Source: Bacteroidota bacterium
GTDB lineage: Bacteria > Bacteroidota > Bacteroidia > Cytophagales > Cyclobacteriaceae
Direction of reading: 5' to 3'
DNA: 64,000 nucleotides
Assembly (NCBI GenBank): GCA_013285945.1
Contig: JABDGP010000001.1
Coordinates: 9,081 to 73,080, forward strand
Position 1 is the first letter of the stretch; each line of letters opens with the position of its first letter. The notes below the pieces were generated by a model. The model saw only the letters and a program-made list of their open reading frames with translations, was not told the DNA's origin and did not search any database. A program made the translations under genes and the position numbers. Below are positions 60,758-64,000 of the stretch, piece by piece.

Positions 60758-61252
60758 TTAATTCAATGTGCTTGTTCCTGCTCTCGCTACTTGTCCGTCT
60801 TGTGTTGATTGTCCCCCTGATACGCCGATGGCCCCAACAATTTTTCCACTAATGAGGATAAGTTCACCTCCCTCAAGTGGAGTGACGTTGGGAAGAGACA
60901 AAACGCGAAGGCCAATACCACCGTTGGCCACGGCATCTTCAAAGACTTTTGTTGGTCTCTTAAAATTGTTGGCTGTAACGGCCTTGGAGATGGCGACATC
61001 GACTGATCCTATTTGAGTATTATCTGTTTTCTTGAATAGCACCAGCTTGCCTCCGGTATCTACAATTGCAATGGCCATATTCCAATTGTTCTTCACTACT
61101 TCCTGAAGCGCGGCAGCCATTACTTTTTCAGCCTGCTCCAATCGGATTGATTCGCCATAAACCAAAGGTGCGGCTACAGGTTTCTGAGCTTGTGCGACAA
61201 CAGACAAAGTAGCTGCAGTTGCCACTACGATGCCAAGTAAAATGCTTTTCAT
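60758..61252 (-). CDS. GlcG/HbpS-family heme-binding protein
   Basis: Signal peptide; IAIVD.GG, AISKAVTA, GG...GAIGVSG...QD..VA. Confidence 0.88.
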   Translation of the reverse strand: MKSILLGIVVATAATLSVVAQAQKPVAAPLVYGESIRLEQAEKVMAAALQEVVKNNWNMAIAIVDTGGKLVLFKKTDNTQIGSVDVAISKAVTANNFKRPTKVFEDAVANGGIGLRVLSLPNVTPLEGGELILISGKIVGAIGVSGGQSTQDGQVARAGTSTLN

Positions 61253-61328
61253 AGATTTTTAATTTGGAAATCAATGTTAACCTAAAATCCGAACAACATC
61301 AACTGGTTTTAGATGTTTGGTAGCTTAA

Positions 61329-61363
61329 TCTTGTATCGTAAGTCTCGTATCTTACGTCTGAAA
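61329..61363. repeat. 7-bp-periodic degenerate tract before acpH
   Basis: TCTTGTA-TCGTAAG-TCTCGTA-TCTTACG-TCTGAAA, with TC every 7 nt. Confidence 0.5.
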
Positions 61364-61953
61364 TGAATTTCCTAGCGCACCTTTACTTATCCGGTGACAA
61401 CCCCAAAGTCAAAATCGGAAATTTTATTGGCGATTTTGTTAAAGGGAAAAACCTGACAGAACGGTTTGAGAAAGATATAGTAAAAGGTATTGCGCTACAT
61501 CGCGAGATCGATTGGTATACGGATACTCATCCGGTGGTGAAACAAAGTAAGGATCGGCTTCGTCCAAAGTACAGGCATTATTCAGGCGTAATTACCGATA
61601 TCTTCTATGATCATTTCCTTGCAAAAAACTGGAGTAAATATTCCAATATGCTGTTGCCCGACTTTGCAGAAGAGTGTTATACGGTCATTCAGCAGTCTGA
61701 ATCTGTTCTACCCGAAGAGGCAAAGTACATGCTTCCTTATATGGTCAAAGGAAACTGGCTTGTAAACTATTCACGGTTGGAAGGTATTCAACGTGCGCTC
61801 AGTGGCATGGCGCGAAGAACGAGATTTGAGTCGAAGATGGAAGAGTCTGTAAGCGATCTTGAAAACAACTACGGTGGCTTTCAGAATGAATTCGAAATTT
61901 TTTTCCCAGACCTTGTTGCAAATTGCGAGACGTGGATTAAGACCCAGAATTGA
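61363..61953 (+). CDS. acpH: Acyl carrier protein phosphodiesterase
   Basis: MNFLAHLYLS, GNFIGDFVKG, LHR.ID.YTD.HP, DIFYDHFLA. Confidence 0.92.
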   Translation: MNFLAHLYLSGDNPKVKIGNFIGDFVKGKNLTERFEKDIVKGIALHREIDWYTDTHPVVKQSKDRLRPKYRHYSGVITDIFYDHFLAKNWSKYSNMLLPDFAEECYTVIQQSESVLPEEAKYMLPYMVKGNWLVNYSRLEGIQRALSGMARRTRFESKMEESVSDLENNYGGFQNEFEIFFPDLVANCETWIKTQN

Positions 61954-62120
61954 TCTACTGATGATCTCTTAATTTTAGCAAGGCCCCTCGGTCAATCTTC
62001 CCTTCGTTATCCAGTGTCTGATTGATATTTGAAATCACCACATCAAGTTCGGAGGAAGCTTTATTGATCGATAAGATGCTTAAGCAAGCGCTTCACTTTA
62101 CAAAAATAGTAATACTGATT

Positions 62121-62630
62121 TTAGGCTTTTGCGTAGAAATCTATTTTTGTTTCGCGCGCGCCCAACGACTGCAGGTAATCAACGACCGCCTTTGCAGGTT
62201 CTCCTCCCTGCTTGGCATGGTGTAGCATCGTAAACCCGTGTGGACCTTTAGAATTCAGCAGGCCTGGATTGAAGGTAAGCACATTTTTTACGGTCTCGAT
62301 GTGCCCCAGCATACACGCGAGATAAATGTTGTAGCGTGCGCCCTTGCCTAAAAGGTAGTTTGCAATTTCCTTATTGCCAACGTGGCCGGCAGCTTCAATA
62401 GCCGATTCATAATCGCCTCCGCCCCAATCGTTGCTTACATGTAGCAACAAATGATCGTTTTCGAGCATTTCTTTTAACCGCGCAAAGTTGCCATGAGCAA
62501 CATTCACGAACTCTTTTACAACTTCAAGCTTGATGGGCAGAGGCTTTTCCTGCTGACCGTTGGTTACAGAAGGAAGTATCAAAGCAGCTGTGCCGAAGAC
62601 GGATCTCTGTATAAATTCGAAGCGGTTCAT
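62121..62630 (-). CDS. Small exported ankyrin-repeat-like protein
   Basis: Tat-like leader MNRFEFIQ; ESAIEAAGHVG...YLL.KGA and GPHGFTMLHHA ankyrin-like repeats. Confidence 0.72.
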   Translation of the reverse strand: MNRFEFIQRSVFGTAALILPSVTNGQQEKPLPIKLEVVKEFVNVAHGNFARLKEMLENDHLLLHVSNDWGGGDYESAIEAAGHVGNKEIANYLLGKGARYNIYLACMLGHIETVKNVLTFNPGLLNSKGPHGFTMLHHAKQGGEPAKAVVDYLQSLGARETKIDFYAKA

Positions 62631-62764
62631 TGTGCTGATGGTTTAAATGTGACTAACAAGTTGGGGATAAGCTGTAGCAACGTATAACTAAAGATAAGCG
62701 ATTAAAAATTACATTAATGGCGAAAGGTGTAACCAACAGTGGGTTAAAAAATTAAATTTGTTGC

Positions 62765-64000
62765 ATGGTTGATGTTCAGCAGCTTTATCAAAAATACATG
62801 GAGTGCGGTGCAGTTTGTACAGACACACGGCAAATTGTGCAAGGGTCTGTTTTTTTTGCACTCAGGGGCCCATCTTTCAATGCCAACGCATTTGCCAGTG
62901 ACGCTTTGCAAAAAGGTGCAGCTTATGCAGTAGTAGACGATCCTGCGTTTGCAAAAAATGACCAATACCTTTTGGTCAGCGATAGTTTGACAAGTCTGCA
63001 GCAACTGGCAAGCTTTCACCGAAGTCATTTGAAAATCCCTGTTATCGGGCTTACCGGCTCAAATGGAAAAACAACCAGTAAAGAACTACTGAATGCTGTG
63101 TTATCAACGAAATACAGAACCTTTGCCACTAAGGGAAATTTGAACAATCATATTGGAGTACCACTGTCAATTTTGTCAATTGATTCTTCTAATGAGATTG
63201 CAGTGATTGAGATGGGAGCTAATCATGTAGGCGAAATTGCTATGCTCTGCGCGATCGCAAATCCAACGCACGGGTTTATTACTAATATAGGCAAGGCGCA
63301 CATTGGAACGTTTGGAGGTTTTGAAAATATAGTGCGCGCAAAATCAGAACTTTACAAGCATCTTATTTCCCATCATGGCCAGGTCTTTATTAATTCTCAA
63401 AACATTGTGTTGAGCAATATGGCTAAGCGTTTTCAAAACCCTTTGTTTTATCCGGCCGTTGGAGATTATTATCACGCAGAATTAATTTCGGCGGATCCTT
63501 TTATTCAATTTAAAACAGAACTTGGTGAAGTGGTGCAAACAAAACTAATGGGTACCTACAATTTTGAAAACGTGGCCGCTGCTCTATGCGTTGCTAAGTT
63601 TTTCGGAGTTGATTCAAAATTGGCAAATAGGGCTGTGGCAGAGTATATGCCGGAGAATATGCGTTCTCAAATTCTGAAAAAAGGAACCAATACAATTATT
63701 CTTGACGCTTACAATGCCAATCCAAGTTCGATGGCTGCAGCTATTGAAAATCTTTCTGCCATGAAAGCGTCAAAGAAAGTGTTGATGCTGGGCGATATGT
63801 ATGAATTGGAAAATGAGGCGGAACAAGAGCATAGGGAAATTGGAAAGCTTATTCGTGAAAAGGGGTTCAGGCAAATTTACCTTGTTGGGAAATTGTTTCG
63901 ATCTGCTGCGAGTGAATTGCCCGACGCCAAGTTTTTCGAATCAAAACAATTACTAATTGACGAGCTAAAAGAAAAGCCGTTGGATGATTCTACTATTTTA
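62765..64000 (+). CDS. murF: UDP-MurNAc-tripeptide:D-Ala-D-Ala ligase (3' end runs off window)
   Basis: Not in ORF track. From ATG 62765: TDTR, LTGSNGKTTSKE, GNLNNHIGVP, EMGANH, DAYNANPSSM, LGDMYEL. Confidence 0.95.
   Translation, partial: MVDVQQLYQKYMECGAVCTDTRQIVQGSVFFALRGPSFNANAFASDALQKGAAYAVVDDPAFAKNDQYLLVSDSLTSLQQLASFHRSHLKIPVIGLTGSNGKTTSKELLNAVLSTKYRTFATKGNLNNHIGVPLSILSIDSSNEIAVIEMGANHVGEIAMLCAIANPTHGFITNIGKAHIGTFGGFENIVRAKSELYKHLISHHGQVFINSQNIVLSNMAKRFQNPLFYPAVGDYYHAELISADPFIQFKTELGEVVQTKLMGTYNFENVAAALCVAKFFGVDSKLANRAVAEYMPENMRSQILKKGTNTIILDAYNANPSSMAAAIENLSAMKASKKVLMLGDMYELENEAEQEHREIGKLIREKGFRQIYLVGKLFRSAASELPDAKFFESKQLLIDELKEKPLDDSTIL

Noticed and set aside
62744-63028. 94-aa minus-strand ORF
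   Set aside because: Antisense to the 5' part of murF.

Overview
64-kb chromosomal window from a Bacteroidota genome, probably Cytophagales (SusC/SusD pair, TAnnTTTG-type -7 promoter boxes, PD40-OmpA proteins, type-B L31). It is mostly housekeeping: proteostasis (hslU partial, lon, tig-clpP-clpX), translation and tRNA modification (tilS, lepA, rpmE2, queE, queD, tRNA-Leu-TAG), folate (folD, pabB, pabC), envelope (msbA-like, gmhA, rfaD, lpxB, mtgA, murF partial) and relA/spoT. Accessory features include two toxin-antitoxin-like pairs (Xre/RES with a visible operator; a RelE-like pair between tig and clpP), a LiaF-DUF4288-LytS-LytTR module with a 21-bp-spaced direct repeat, an orphan susCD, a frameshifted SDR, two unexplained small ORFs after lepA, and intergenic heptamer-repeat tracts. 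The best candidate for a new system is a CysL/YeiE-like LysR regulator with a LysR box in its own last codons, directly upstream of a stand-alone threonine-synthase-fold PLP enzyme. I hypothesise, without having shown it, that this is a sulfite-responsive cysteate-synthase-like module. No CRISPR array, rRNA, integrase or transposase was seen. All calls come from motif recognition by eye, without database searches.
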